NCBI GenBank assembly: GCA_964057225.1
Contig: OZ059896.1
Span: 6,262,001 to 6,326,000, forward strand
Source: Auanema rhodensis
Taxonomy: Eukaryota; Animalia; Nematoda
DNA length: 64,000 nt
Reading direction: 5' to 3'
Shown: one piece after another, positions 1 through 15,776 of the stretch
How positions within the stretch are numbered: position 1 is the first letter of the stretch
Layout: each line of letters opens with the position of its first letter
Made by a program: the position numbers and the translations under genes
Notes under the pieces: model-generated
What the model was told of the DNA's origin: nothing
What the model saw: only the letters and a program-made list of their open reading frames with translations
Databases searched by the model: none

Positions 1-2954
1 AAACCATTGAACTCAAAACGATGTACTATTGAAGAATTACTATAATAATAATATCAAATAATACAAATAAGTTTAAATATTAATTGTAATTTTGAATTAC
101 CTGTATTCCTAATATCATACACCGTAGGAGGATTCTCGCCAGCTACGATACTTATGGGCCGAGTGAAGTTCATATGAATCTGTATATGTCCAGAAAAGAA
201 ATTTCCATCCGGACTCTGTGAAATAATATTCCTTCTGAATTTCATTTGGTTTCTATGAACCTACCAAAATCATTTGAAGTCCTTCCTCACTATTTAGATT
301 ATATTCTGTAACTTTTCTTGCTAAATCATCTTCTTCATATTGTGCAGTCCATTCGCATGGCGTATCTTCTTTAACAAATAACTCATGAACTCTTAGTGTC
401 TGTAATTGAAAGTATAAATAAATTTCAAATAATCATTGTAAACGATCACATAAAGTTAATCTAAACTCACTTTACCACTGGGAGCTTGTAATGTTACAAG
501 ATTTTCCAACTTTCTGCTCGTAGCTGACGGTGCAAAAGATTTAGGAAGCGTCATGGACCCTGATTTTGGTAAAGCCAACGATGATTCCTGAAAGATATAT
601 TTATAGTATACACAAAATGTGTTCAAAACAAAAAAAATGAAATAATATTTCGAAGTTTAAATCCTACTTCAGCTACGGTATTGCCATTTTCTTTGTCTGT
701 ATCTAGCTTTGGAGATAAAGTATGACTAGCCAACATTTCTTTTAACTCTTTTGGAATTGTCCCTAAAGTCCCATCATTCAATTTTGGATACAAAGATTGA
801 AATTCTCCTAAAGACATATAAAGAATTCCGATACTATAATTAAATAATGTTACCTGATGTTAGTGATGATCCAGCTGATCTACAATCTAAAGTTACAAGT
901 TCTTGACAACGTTGATGACAAGTATAGTTACATTCTAAATATTAAATTTTGAATGGAAAGTTTAAGAAAAGTTTTTTACTTTCACACTTCACCGCTTGTC
1001 TTAGAATTCCCCATATGAAATCTCCGCACTTATCGCACCACGTTGGATGTAATAAGTTAATACATCTGAAAAAAATTATTTTGATGCAATGAAAGTTTTG
1101 AAAGTTCGGTAGCACTTACTGAAAGCTATGACCTTGTCCTTGATGTGCTTCTCCTGCTAATACAAGATCGTTCAAAGGTCCGAAATGCTGACGCTCCAAA
1201 GTGTCTGAAAACTGATGCGATGAGTCCAAATCAGCGAGCAAACAAGTGTTCCAATCCCAAGACTGAAGAAAGAAAGATATAGACAGATAATTTATCCAAA
1301 AAATATGTAAAAAAATTTAATTTAATGTACTTGATTACTGAAATAGTCTAAAGTGATTCTTTGAAAATGAAAAAAACTTGCATCATATTCCATAGCAGGC
1401 GTTTGAATTATATCGTCTAGCTTGATACTATTATAAGATATAACATCATCCAGCATATCATCATGATTTGAACTAATATTAGGTGTAGTGTGATTAACTA
1501 ATGATTTACCAAGCTGAAAATTCAATACTTGTACTGAACATTCAAATAGAACACAAATAATTCATGAATACTTGAAAAGAAAAACGAACCATGGCTGAAT
1601 TGGATTGATCCAGGTTTCCAATTCCTAACTGGCTCATCCACTCACTGATTCCAGTCAGCTGGGAGAGTTTTGCTCGAATACCAGAAAACCAGCTAAAAAT
1701 AAAGAAAAACAGTAAAGGAAAAAATTTTAAACTATAACCGAATCAGAATAGATTTTTTATAATTTTATAAAAAAAATTTATTTTATTAAATGAAATACCA
1801 ATAAAGAATATTCTATTAAATTTTTAAAATTGTATACTTTGAATAGAAAAAAACGAAAATTTATATATTTACGGTTGAAACGTCTAATATGAAAGATTAC
1901 ATATATCAGATCTTTCGTTAAATAATGTTTTAAAAACTAAACAAAACTAATAATTAAACATTAATATAATAACTTATCAGTGATATATTTAATTACTAAC
2001 TACAGCAATCATTAATATCATACATAATAAACTATAATATATCAAATTTGGAAATATCTGAACAAATTTATACGATAGCGACACATCGAAAAGGGTTAGC
2101 AGATGTCCGATAGCAAAGCGGTCATTGATTGACAATGAAGGGCACACAGCTGGGGTGAAGAAGATCCTGAGGAAGAGATGGAGAAAGATCAGGCAAAAAA
2201 TGATTGATAAATTTAAAAAAAGGATTTAAGAATCTCTGAGTTTCTTTAAATGAACTGTATAGCTTGTAATGATTGTTCATAATTGAACCTGAGGCTTAAT
2301 TAAAACAAAGATTGTAAAAACAGCATTTATGACAGAAAATTGAATGCTAGTGCGAATAGAAAGTTAATGAACTAATATATATATATGAAAAAGGGTTTTC
2401 AGCAGTTATGTAAGGCATGAACTATATTATTCAGACGAAATGGCAAACAAAATAGGAATATTGAACAACATAGGTGAAAAGAGAAGGAAGAGATAGAAAT
2501 AATAGCTGAAAGAAGAGAGAAAAGAGTCATTTGATGATAATCGATTAGAACAGATTGTTCATTCATTAGACATTATTAGCTATTTTTCAAATGATCCGTA
2601 CAGCGACATAAAGATGATATAATAAAAGTATAAATAAGAAAACCATGACCAAAATTGACTTTTCTTTAAATATTTTTCTAAATTTTAAAAATTGTGATAC
2701 AGCTTTGAAGTTTTTGTTGTTAAGAAATACTGAGATGTAAGAATAAAATGTATTTTGTACAACATTTGATTATTTCAACTAGCACTAGGACAACAAGACT
2801 GTGAGGTGCAATCGTTATTACATTACATAGTAATAACTTTTAAAGCTTGAAAGAAACCTACTAACCCTCCATTATTATTATTCGAAGATGATCCTGTATA
2901 TCCATAGGAATATGATGTATCAGCTATGACAAATATTTGCAGAAGTGAACTCAT
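1..2954 (-). CDS. rsf-1: RASSF1/5-like protein (C1 domain plus start of the Ras-association region); multi-exon, 3' end runs off the left edge
   Basis: ATG at 2954 follows a TTTCAG acceptor. Spliced exons give MSSLLQIFV...WFSGIRAKLSQLTG..., then a C1 zinc finger (HSFQ-CINLLHPTWCDKCGDFIWGILRQAVKC...CNYTCHQRCQELVTLDC), then DGNFFSGHIQIHMNFTRPISI, which matches the RASSF GFIKV..L.RP segment before the RA domain. Confidence 0.8.
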
Positions 2955-4807
2955 CGTTGATTTCACATATCCAAAGTTCTGAAACATGTATGTACACACC
3001 ACGTATATATATATATAGTTTTGGTCGAATTCTAAATTTGTAAAATAGACGATAAAATAATCTTTTGAGATGTGGGAATTAATTTAGGTTTAGACTAACG
3101 AACAACAAATTATTCTAAACGGTCAGAGAAAGAATGAAACCTATATTTTATATACTGATCAGGTCATGGTGTAAACAAAACATTAAAAACACTAAAAAAC
3201 TGAATTAAGTCTTTTTATAATTTTAACTTCACCATAGAAATCAGTGAATAAATAAACTTTTCATAGTTTGGACATACTTATCAAGAATGGCTTGAAAGAT
3301 CTAGCATATAATAAATATATTTTCTTGTCTTTTCATTTCAACCAAAAAAAGGGAAAGATTATCAAATCAATAGAATTTATCTAAACAGGCTAAGCATTTT
3401 ATCAAACAGTTTGATTTCAAGAATCCTATACTTGTAACCTTAAAAGGAAAATCATACAAGTTTGACCCCAAAATGCGTCAAAAGATTGGTGCAAATATAG
3501 TGAGGGGAACTGGTGGATGAACCAATGAATCATCGCAACAAAGTGAATAGCATTATGATGATCGAAGTCAAGGCTATTTCGTTCATAAACATGTAACATA
3601 TAACTTAATTTAAATTACCGCGAAAGAACAAGGAAGTGTCATACACGTACTTAAAATAGAATGTTTAAAATAATATACGATATAAAAAATATAAAAGGAG
3701 AATTAGACAGATATACAAGCAACAAGGAAAAAATCAATTATGTGCACGGCGACATACTCAGCGACAACTAGCGGGCATGATGTGAACACGACATCATGTT
3801 CTGTTTTTAGAAGCCTTCGTATTTGAGAATTGAAAAAAGAAAGTATAAGAATGGTGGAAAAACAAGCAAGAATTTTTGTGAACAATTTAAAAAGTCCGAA
3901 TAAAGTGTGGGAATATGAATTACAAATACGTTCTTTTGTGGGTGCAGTCGTAGAAGAAAATCAAAACTGCTTAAAGCTTGAAGCTTCAATTGAACCTAAA
4001 AGTGACATTTTGTTATAAAGAATTTTCGGTAAGTTAAATAACTATCGCTTCAACTGAAAGGTCAACATGGAAACAAACACGAAAGGGAAGGCAACGAATG
4101 AGCCATCGATTGCGAGCCATCACTCTTTCATCAAGTCTTTTATGCCTCCTCTTGAATGCAAATAGAGAAGACATTAAAGCTTCAAAAAACGAGAAGGGTT
4201 TTTTTTGAAAATTATCTTAACAATTTACAGAGTGATGCTTCAAAATTTCATAGTTCTTGAGAGCGAAAGGGTGAAAAGTGTGAAACGAAAACGAGGTCAA
4301 AATCAAGCTAATTGATGCAATGCTCGAGAGATAGGCTTAGTTGACTATGAGTACAGCATCATGCTTATGGGGTGAAAAATATTTGCACACATACAACCAA
4401 ATATATTTTTGTATCAAAAGATAATCATAAATCTTATACGAGTTGAAAGTACATATTATGAAGTATAAGGCATGTAATGAAATAATAGCATCTATATGAA
4501 ACATTGTGTTCCGCTTCAATGAATAGTCGGTATTGATCTTCTAGGTTAAAATGGATAAGGTCAGCAGTATAGCAGATGAGGTCGATAGGTCACAGCACAT
4601 CAGAGAGGAGATGAGGGCATGACCATGCTAATTGTTAAAGCTCAAATGCCCTTTTGTACTCAAGCACAACAATAAATGAGATCAAATGAATTTATTTTCT
4701 TAAATCAAACAATTGCAAACTTTGAAACAATATTACAAATCAAACAATGATACTCACCTAAATTAAGAAACTTATATAGAAACCTGTATAAATATTGCAA
4801 ATAACCT

Positions 4808-6648
4808 TTAATCACTTTCATCTTCGTCACTGGATATAATTTTCTTTTTAGATTGATTTTTACGTCTTCTATGTTCCTGAATTTAAATATTTGAATACAT
4901 TTATAATTATAAACTAGCTAACCTCGTCAGAATCTGAATCGTCTTTAGCAGCATCAAGCCTTCTACCCCCATCACTGTCTTCAGAATCAGATACTCCAAT
5001 AAGAGGTGCTTCTCCTGCTCGTCTGCCTCGTCTACGTCCTTCATCATCTGGATTTAATTTTGTTTGCATATACATAAAAATTAAATTAAAATAACCAGAA
5101 TAATCTCTTTCTTCCAAAAATCCACTAGTGAGCATTCTATTCCGATCTCTGGTTCGAACAGCTCGTTGCTGATGTTCTTTACGGATAGCAGCCCTAAGTA
5201 GTTCCTCTTCTCTACGGATAGCCTCCTAAATAAAATATAAGTAGATATAATTTGTAGAAATAGCAGTGATACCCTCTTCGCTTCATCGGGATTAGCACCA
5301 ACTTCTGTAAGCATTTTAACTTGACCAGTTTTACGGGTTCGATCTGCCATATTCAATGTAACCTAGAACTTATAATTATAATTATATAAAACCAAATATA
5401 ACACCTTTCTATGTGTTTTACTATCAGTAGAATGAGGTCGGAATTGAAGTTTCTTTTCAAATACGGTTAACCCTGATAATCCAGATTGATGTTTCACATA
5501 GAGATGAGTATGAGCAGCAACAGGCATTTCTTGAACGTCAAAAATTTCGTTTCCAAGATGTAAAGACATACTAAATTAAAAAAAAACATGTATGAAAAAT
5601 ATGCCCAAACTCACGTTCCGTCTGACCATCGAACCATTTTTGCATTACTCTGTTTGATATCATTACCTGCAGCATCTTTACTATATCTCCACCGGATTGT
5701 ATTCTCTACCTAAGCGCAAAAAAAAACTTAAAATTTGGAAAGTTTTAAATTACCTTTAATTTCAAACGACTTCTGCCTTCAGAATCAACTGTATCATCAT
5801 CTCCATTTTCTTCGTACTCATCAGGATCAAAAGGTTTTGTTTCAACTGATAAAAAATTAGGAAACTATAACAAAAAAAAATTCAAAATTGTAAAAAAACG
5901 TCTACCATACTTTACAATAATACTGCTTATCGGGAACATAAATTATAGATCTTGTAACTTCACTCTGAAAACACAAATACATTTTTCGTTTCATACAAAA
6001 ACAAACTTCAATAATTTCAGGAGGTGCTTCTTCTTCCTGCTCTTCCTCATCCTGATCAGGATAAAGTCTAATACCGTGAATACTACCTTGACCTGGTAAT
6101 GATTTTAATTTTTATAGAAAAAAAACTATTCTTAGCACATACTTCCATCGCTCTTCTCATTATCGCTATCCTCTTTTTTTCGCGCATCGCCTTGAGCGTC
6201 ATCATCGCCAGAATCAGAAGAAACATCATCTCCAAACAGAGCAGAAGCATCAGGCTTCTATAGAAGTATGAAAATATTAATTTCATAGCATAATTTACTA
6301 CATTTGAATTCTCCGGTCTGTCGCCATCGTCATCGTCATCCGAGCTAATTAAGTTTCGCCTTTTTTTGGGAGAGGTTTCTGGTGCGGGGGATGTGTCTGA
6401 TTCATCATCAGATCCTTAACATTACGAGAATAAAATTATATCACAAATTTTTCAAACTTTGCGCAGGTGGAAGCGTATGTTCAACCGAAGCAGATCGATG
6501 AGAAGGTGTTGAATCACTTCCACTTCCAGAAAAAAGGTTTTGATTTCTTTAAAAATGAGAAAACACCACAATAATTTTTAATATAATGATAAATATACCC
6601 TGCGTTTCCTGTGTCACTATCACTATCGGAAGAGCTGGAAGAGGACAT
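4808..6648 (-). CDS. leo-1: RNA polymerase-associated protein LEO1 (PAF1 complex); multi-exon
   Basis: ATG at 6648 starts an acidic Ser/Asp-rich N-terminus. Leo1 domain motifs: [60 protein letters not shown] at about 4808-4810. Confidence 0.92.
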
Positions 6649-6998
6649 TTTGCCTTAAATATTATACTATTCAAATTTTCAAAAATCCGAACGAACAGCA
6701 ATAAAAAAAACAATTCAAGTTCTGTAGTTTAGTAAAACATCAATTAAAAGCAAACAATATTCACCAAAATAATGAATTCAAATTGTAAAAAACTTGTAAG
6801 GCTTTTATTCAACTAACATACAAAGCATGAAATGCATAATCAAAGAATTAAATGGTCCCACCACGATCGCATAGGTTTGAATCCAATTCATTCTATATTT
6901 TTATAGTTATGTTAGCTAAGTAACTAGCAAAGTTAGATTGTATAATTTAGATAAAAAGAGTCTACTTATATAAAGTGAATAACGAACATTAAATTATT

Positions 6999-7588
6999 AT
7001 GCTGGAAGATGAAGGTAAGATTTCTTTTAATTTCGTTTAATTGTGTATTTTATAGCGCCTGCACCGACATCCTGTGACACAAAAAAAGATGAAGATGATA
7101 TTAGAAGTCTAGTTCCATATGTAGATTTTGTATGTGGTATTTGTAATATAAAAGAGAAATGTATATTTGGGGAACTGAAAGGTTCTGACGGATTGTAAGC
7201 TCATTTCATTTTTCTTTAAGGTGCAATATTTCTTCAGTTATCCTTCACCTGTTTTTTTCATGAGAGATCCTTTTGTGCCTCCGCCACGTGTTAAGGCCCG
7301 CCGACCTGTTTTAGCGGACTTTTTGGTGATAGGATCAACCTGCTCTATATGCGATCAGGCGATATGTATTAGCAAGGTATAAGAACAAATAGTCTCATAA
7401 TTAAAAATCGTATTTCAGACGTGCAGTATTTATTTTGGTGGGCATTTTTGTGCGAATTGTATAATTCGAGAAAAACGAAGATTTCCTCCAGATGTGTTAA
7501 AGGTATGGTTCAAATATCCTCAAAGCTCCAAAGATTATTTCAGATGCTCTCAAAAGCGCAAGAAAGTGAACAATCTGGGAGCAAATAG
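6999..7588 (+). CDS. Cysteine-rich DPF motif domain protein (CDPF1-like); 5 exons
   Basis: Spliced reading MLEDE-APAPT...FVCGIC...FFMRDPF...VIGSTCSICDQAICISK-TCSIYFGGHFCANC...SK stop (TAG 7586-7588). The CxxC pairs and DPF motif match CDPF1. Confidence 0.85.
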
Positions 7589-7984
7589 ATATAACTGAGA
7601 AACAAATTTATTATGTAACCAGATCAGATCACGATATCATTATGGAAAAGAGTATTTCTCCATGAATTCTGTTTTCACAACAAAATATATTAGTACAAGC
7701 AACATAATATTTGAATAATGATTACTCATAGCGTATACATGCTAATCTATATAATAATTTTGAACGGATATTATGCAAGCATAGTGTCCAGAAGGGGTTC
7801 GTCCAGATGGGAGGTACCCGTAGGAAATTCCCTATATGGTTATAATTTCTTTCAAGTATAAAATCAAAACATGTCAAAACAACAGGTGAAGCACGCATAG
7901 TACGAAAAATAACGACTTATGTCGTCAATAATGATTTAAAAAATAAGCAAGAGAAATGGCAAGGCATTCAAAATTATAAAGCAC

Positions 7985-9517
7985 TTAATCAGCCTTGACG
8001 GCTCTTCTCTTAGCAACAGATCTTGTAACAGCTCCGTTAGCAGGGATGTTTGCATTAATATCTTCTTTCAGGTTGGCCGATTCGGACTGAAATTTTTTTT
8101 TATACTATTCAACTTATTTACTATCTTACAGAAGTTTTCTTCTCCTTCTTATCCACGACCGAATATCTATTGTTCTTCTTAATATAAGCGTGATAGAAGA
8201 AATTGCAGAAGAGAAGGAAGTATGTGAAATAGATAGTGAAACAAAGTCCAAGATTTTCCCAAGTTTGTTGGCAGGCCCCTCCAGCATTCTAAATGAATAA
8301 TTATATTGTATTAGATTGTAAAAAAAGTTAACAACCTTAATGTTGCGAACAGTGATTCCTATAGTAACACCCATAACCATTTGAGAAATTTGTAAAATGG
8401 TTACAATCATAGCAACCTATAAACAATTGCTTGAACATAATTTTATCACGTATATCTCCTACTTGTTTAGGTGTACGAATTTTTAAAGCTCTCAGAGCGT
8501 AATAAGAGTACATAAGAGCGTGAACTCCATAATTCATCCATATGAACCATCTTCCTAAAACATCCAAGAAATTCTTTAATCAGAGAATCCGTTAATTCAT
8601 GTTTGCCCACAAAATGGCAGAGAACAGATATATTGAATTTATTCGTGGTTTCTCCCTTCATTATCACTAACATATTTCGAAACTTCAAAGAAAGTTTCTT
8701 ATTTTTCATAAAAGCAAGTTTCTCCAAATGCGCTCTCGTCCACGCAATGCAACTATTTCAAGTTTTCTCAAAGAAAGATAAACAGCAGAATTTAATGAAA
8801 CGTTCAAGAATCCTCGGACATCTTCGTTCATCATATCAAGAAATCAACAAACCTGAAGCAGTATGATCCTTATAAGCATGCCAAGTATAGACTAAAACGG
8901 TGATATGATGATACCAATGAAGAAAAAGCAATGGTCTCTTTCGTAGAACAATAAAACCAGTGTCCACAAGCTCAGCAACCTATAAGAAAGGGAATATTGA
9001 GAACGACGTTTGATTGAAGAAACAACCTTGCTCATAGCAAATTGTTCAGTCCAAAATCCAGTAACACCTTGAGCAAAAGAAGCTGTACATACAGAATAGG
9101 CAAACGAATTTCTGTAAGAAAAGAGAACTATGATCCGCAACATTATAAATATTGTAAAATTTCAAGTCCACATACCCATGCCAACTCCAGAACCATTCTG
9201 GAGACATGCGCACAAATCCCAAAATTGAAAAAATGGCTAAAGCTGCATTCCATAGGAAAAGTGGAGTGTCCAAAAAAAATGGTTTACGGCCTTCCATCAT
9301 CTATATTATTAAATATTTACTTTGTGTGTCGATTTCATTATTTCACCTTCTGTCCAGCAAAGATAGCAACTACGTATCCTACAGACCAAGCAACTGATTG
9401 AGCCCAATTTTGTTGCATCCATTCTGTTGACCTTCTAGGATCGAAACTGTCTTCGAGAGGCAAAATGTAAGAATAGTTCTCGGGTCCATAACGTGGCCAA
9501 TAGTTATATTGCGCCAT
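7985..9517 (-). CDS. elo-3: Very-long-chain fatty acid elongase (ELOVL/GNS1-SUR4 family); multi-exon
   Basis: [16 protein letters not shown]..., the catalytic FLHWYHH box, [22 protein letters not shown], and a C-terminus KEDINAN...RRAVKAD stop. This closely matches C. elegans ELO-3 as I recall it. Confidence 0.93.
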
Positions 9518-12261
9518 ACCCACGGCTGAAAACGAGATAATGTCAAAAAAAGCTTCCATCATGAAAAAAATGAATAACCAGAAGAAAATATAATCATTTG
9601 GAAAACGTTAAGAATTCTGGTATCCAGTGGTAACGAAAAGATATAAATTTTTGATAAGAATAGGAAAGCGACAACTACGGATCAACTAACAATGGGAATG
9701 AAATTTTCGCTATCAGAACAATGATATCACGCATAATTAAAACGAAAGAGTATAGTTACCAAGATAAGAGTGTGCTAATTATCATGAAGTATTCAAATAA
9801 CCTATATATTATCAGAAAACAGAAAAATTATATAAAAATTGAACAAATGGTGAGACAAGATTCTAATTTTAAAAAATAATATGAAATTAAACTATAAAAA
9901 AGGTGCAAACTTCAAAATAACACAAAAAATCATTAGACAAGATTTCATAAATGATCTCGCGAAGTGCTAAAATGACAAAGAACACACGCTGTTTTCTCTG
10001 CTTGTCATTAAGAAAGTAACAAACACTAAGCGCTTAGATAAAAAGTGGTCTCAGAACCAGATATTGAGGAAAATAATCTCAACATTAAGAAAAGATTAAT
10101 ATCTACTAAGAAATTTGAGAGAAATATATAGATGCACATAATTAGGATACTTCAAAACAAAACTTGAACTGAATTTCAAAAAAGTTTTATATATACAAAA
10201 TGTTGCAAAAAATGTATTTTCAAACAGCAATTTTGCAGGTATATCAAATTGGGAGCCACTTAAGTCTCTTTAAACATTCAAACAAATGATCGAAGATAAG
10301 AAATTTGTTGAACAGGAAAGATGAAAACGAAGAGTAAAAAGAATTTTTCGAAAAGCTTACGATTATATAAGGAAATGACCATAGAAGCCCCGGGTAGTTT
10401 CAAGTTTCACGGGACAGGCGCTTTGCGCGTCTAATAGCATCTTGGAAGAAACGAGATAGTGTAACAAGCCATAGGTGTTGTAAATCTTGGAAATCAACGA
10501 ATCGACAGAGTGGGATAGAGAGACCTAAATTTACAGTCGATCGACAAATACTGAAAAGAAACAGACTAAGCCATCCCATAAGATTAAAAAAATTTCAAAA
10601 GTACAAACAAGCTATACAAGGATGACAAAATAGCACATAACCTTAGGAATACCAGAGTCTTTGTAGATGTTTTAGTTATTGAAAACACCTATTCGTTTCA
10701 ACATTCCGTGTCTCTCATGCAAAAAAAAGAGCGGGAAGAGGCGGATCGCAAACGAGGTTGGCGATGGTTTAACGTAAAGTATACCTAAGAAGTCGTTCCA
10801 GCTTATCCATAGGGAAACAGCGAAACTTTTAGATAAAACAGCTGAAACCGCAAAAACGTTGTTCAATATTATGGTAGCAAAAATATTAAGAGAGCAAGAG
10901 AGAGTGAAAGAGATAGAAACAACTAAGGACATTCGAAAAGTGAAACCGAGTAGTCCGAGGTCATTTGAAATGGGGTCTACTGCCACCAACATATCATACA
11001 CCACATATACACAGATGGGACAAGCCGATTTTCCAAGCGTTGGCATGGTTGAGCAACATAATGCTGGAGGTCTAGCTAATCGATTGGAAATGACACATAA
11101 AAGATATTCATTCTGTATGTAATCACCGTATGCAATGATTCATATTCATGATAATCATATAACAAATATTATACTTTCAATTCAAAATCGAGATGAAATA
11201 AACCTTTGATATCATAACGAGCGCGTTCTTAAAATTTGTACGTTTTTTAGCATTGCGTTGTCTGTTTAGGTTGTTGGATAAAATATTAAACTTCTTTTCT
11301 AATTCCCTGGTCTCATTGTACTCAATGTGCACTCAACCTTATCGATTTTCTAGAATGTTCTTTTTTGGAAAAGCCCATTTAACACTCATGGGGTCAAGTT
11401 GGTAGAACATGCTTGATGAGGATTCTCAGACAGGAAAGCAAAAGAACAGGTTTAAGACTGACTGAAACAACCATTATTTTAAATATAGTATAAATTGATA
11501 TTATAATAAAAAAAAGAAAAACCCATTATGAATGAATAAATACTAATCATAGTTTTACCACTAGGTTGTTCAAGGTTCGCTGGGATCATTTCCCATCTTT
11601 GTGATATGGTATTGTTCATCGATCTATCACGTATTAAAAAATTTGTATGTTTGTACTTTGAGAGCAATTCCGAATTGTGAATGACACACTTGTTTATCTT
11701 CTGATATCCTTATCGTCGAATGAATCACTACAATGAAGACGATGGCCTGATGACTGGTGATACTGAAACCGCTCTTCTGATAAAGCCTGTCTAGTTGTGA
11801 AAGTTAGAAGAGAGGAAAACAATTTAAAACAGGTGCAGCGTTGTTGATATACAATGACCGCCATTATAATTAATATTTTATGAATATTAAGTTTGAGCAG
11901 TACAACAAAGTTTGAAATAAACAACCGAACACAGAATATCAGTACAGGAAAAAAGTTAGAGAAAGGGATGTACAATAAAACAAGATTATTAATATTATAT
12001 ACAATCATATGATTTAAAATGTCTAGAAAATCGAAAGATTTGACGTACTATGAAAGGTTCAAAACTGGTTTCAAGATAAGAAAGTTAAAATTGATCATAA
12101 ATTCAGGCATGAGAGAGTGCTAACAGAATGAATTTCCAAAAAAGCAGCGATGACACATTCCTTTAATTCTATAGTTGCAGCGAGATCTCCCTAATATTAC
12201 GTAAGCGGTTCAATAAAGTTCTTGTTTCTCTTATGGTCTTAAATTCATTGTAAAAATTCAA

Positions 12262-15776
<3,515 letters not shown>

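Noticed and set aside
3703-4519. Short ORFs between rsf-1 and leo-1
   Set aside because: No recognisable domain, overlapping on both strands, and no coherent splice structure.
6873-6884. GGTTTGAATCC resembling a tRNA B-box between leo-1 and the CDPF1-like gene
   Set aside because: No A-box, cloverleaf or acceptor stem, so not a tRNA.
7815-7840. TACCCGTAGG... as a miR-51-family gene on the plus strand
   Set aside because: No complementary arm on either side; better explained as a target site on the minus-strand mRNA.
8555-8852. Longer (298-nt) elo-3 intron as a snoRNA host or nested ORF
   Set aside because: No convincing C/D or H/ACA boxes, only a short TGCG/CGCA stem, and the ORFs have no motif.
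10672-11122. Overlapping 124-aa and 87-aa ORFs upstream of elo-3
   Set aside because: They lie in a GA-rich, promoter-like island with no family signature or splice context.
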